A stretch of DNA of 63,595 nt, filler included, from Octopus bimaculoides (taxonomy: Eukaryota): assembly GCF_001194135.2 (NCBI RefSeq). It is 7 parts of 7 records of this genome, joined end to end, with 100 filler letters (N's around TTAATTAATTAA, not from the genome) between each part and the next. Parts side by side here need not be neighbours in the genome. Positions count along the whole stretch, not along the records: positions 62,370 to 63,595 come from NW_026359726.1; 6 more parts are not named here. One strand, written 5' to 3'. This document shows positions 62,481-63,595 of the stretch, piece by piece. A program made the position numbers and the translations under genes. The notes beneath the pieces are model-generated. The model searched no databases, had not been told where the DNA came from, and worked only from the letters and a program-made list of their open reading frames with translations. Positions within the stretch are counted from its first letter, which is position 1, and each line of letters opens with the position of its first letter.

Positions 62481-62861
62481 AAAGGTTGAGAGGAAAACTG
62501 GATAGAGAACAAATAAAAGCGGAGAGAAAAAATGTGTAGAGGTTAACAGTCCAACATGAAATATATATATACTGTATAGTTCAAATTTACAGAAAACAAA
62601 AGACGAAAACAGGTGAGAGAACAATGTGTGTGCGTGCGTTTATCTGTATGTTGATGTGTGTGTATATGGATATATGCATATGAATATGTAATTGCTAGTT
62701 TTATAGCCCACTTCTCACCTGGGGGCGTCCACCACAACACCTCCTCCTTTGAAATTTTTTTCTCTTCTTTCAACACAAAATATATATTTTCCATTTCTTT
62801 CTCCTCTAACCAGAATTATTTTTCTCTTCTTATTTAGATTTTTTCTTGCTCCACATATAGT

Positions 62862-63196
62862 GAAGACGCATGGCTCAGTAGTTAGAGCGTCCAACTTACG
62901 ACCGTGAAGTTGTGAGCTCGAATCCTGGACCGGGCTGCGTGTTGTGTTCTTGAGCAAGACACTTTATTTCACGTTGCTCAAGTTCACTCAGCTGTAGAAA
63001 TGAGTTGCGACGTCACTGGTGCCAAGCTGTATTGGCCTTTGCCTTTCCCTTGGATAACATTGGTTGCGTGGAGAGGGGAGGCTGGTATGGATGGGCGACT
63101 ACTGGTCTTCCATAAACAACCTTGCCCGGACTTGTACCTCGGAGGGTAACTTTCTAGGTGCAATCCCATGGTTAGTCATGACCGAAGGGGGTCTTC
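62862..63196 (+). mobile_element. Full-length tRNA-derived SINE family C
   Basis: A-box TGGCTCAGTAGTTAGAGC, B-box GCTCGAATCC, then TTCTTGAGCAAGACACTT conserved-domain-like segment. Confidence 0.8.
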
Positions 63197-63294
63197 GATA
63201 GGCCTGTGTATTTATACGCACGAAACATGCCCTGGATAAAGAACTCAATACTGATTGCCGACTTAATATCCTTAATAGTGATTGTAAGGGAGAG

Positions 63295-63490
63295 TAAATT
63301 CGTAGAATCGTTAAGGTGTGGGGTAAAAATACTTTGTAGCATTTCTTCCTGCCTTTTATGTTCTGGGTTCAGTTCCTACCGAGACCACATTTGCCCTTTA
63401 GTCTTCTGCTGTCGATACTGTAAAGTACTAGTCTAGTACTGGAGCCGATCTAATCTACTTGTCTGCCTCACAGAATATCTAGCTTTGTGC
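63295..63490 (+). mobile_element. SINE family B, highly degenerate
   Basis: CACATTTGCCCTTTAGTCTTCTGCTGTCGATACTGTAAAGTACTAG resembles the family B core. Confidence 0.5.
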
Positions 63491-63595
63491 CAATGATACG
63501 AGTGGTCTTTAATCGTGACTGTTTGCTTCGACGTTTTCGACGATATTGCCTTCTGGTGAAACTTTAAAGTAAACAGTCACTATTAATAATATATA

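Overview
Repeat-saturated, AT-rich animal genomic DNA. The SINE families and the (TA)n, (CA)n, (TACA)n and (GATA)n load suggest an octopus or other coleoid genome (inference). The window is not guaranteed to be contiguous: six identical N44-TTAATTAATTAA-N44 artificial linkers cut it into seven segments. One host gene is clearly recognisable: a kappaB-Ras/NKIRAS orthologue on the + strand. Six of its coding exons are visible between 35611 and 41358, and a seventh probably lies in the N gap at 40408-40850. The rest is mobile DNA: tRNA-derived SINEs of three families, RTE 3' ends, two R4/Dong-type RLE retrotransposons, Helitrons (one near full length), a mariner fragment, a Chapaev-like transposase interrupted by an ORF1-only retroelement, and six Penelope-like (PLE) fragments. 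The most interesting signal is a set of hammerhead-ribozyme motifs. Two have canonical core nucleotides and short palindromic stem III (54150-54249 on +, 58251-58319 on -). A multi-copy family has a variant core (CUGUUGA[A]...GAAACGUU), and there are several relics. All RNA structures and family assignments were made by eye and need computational and biochemical confirmation.
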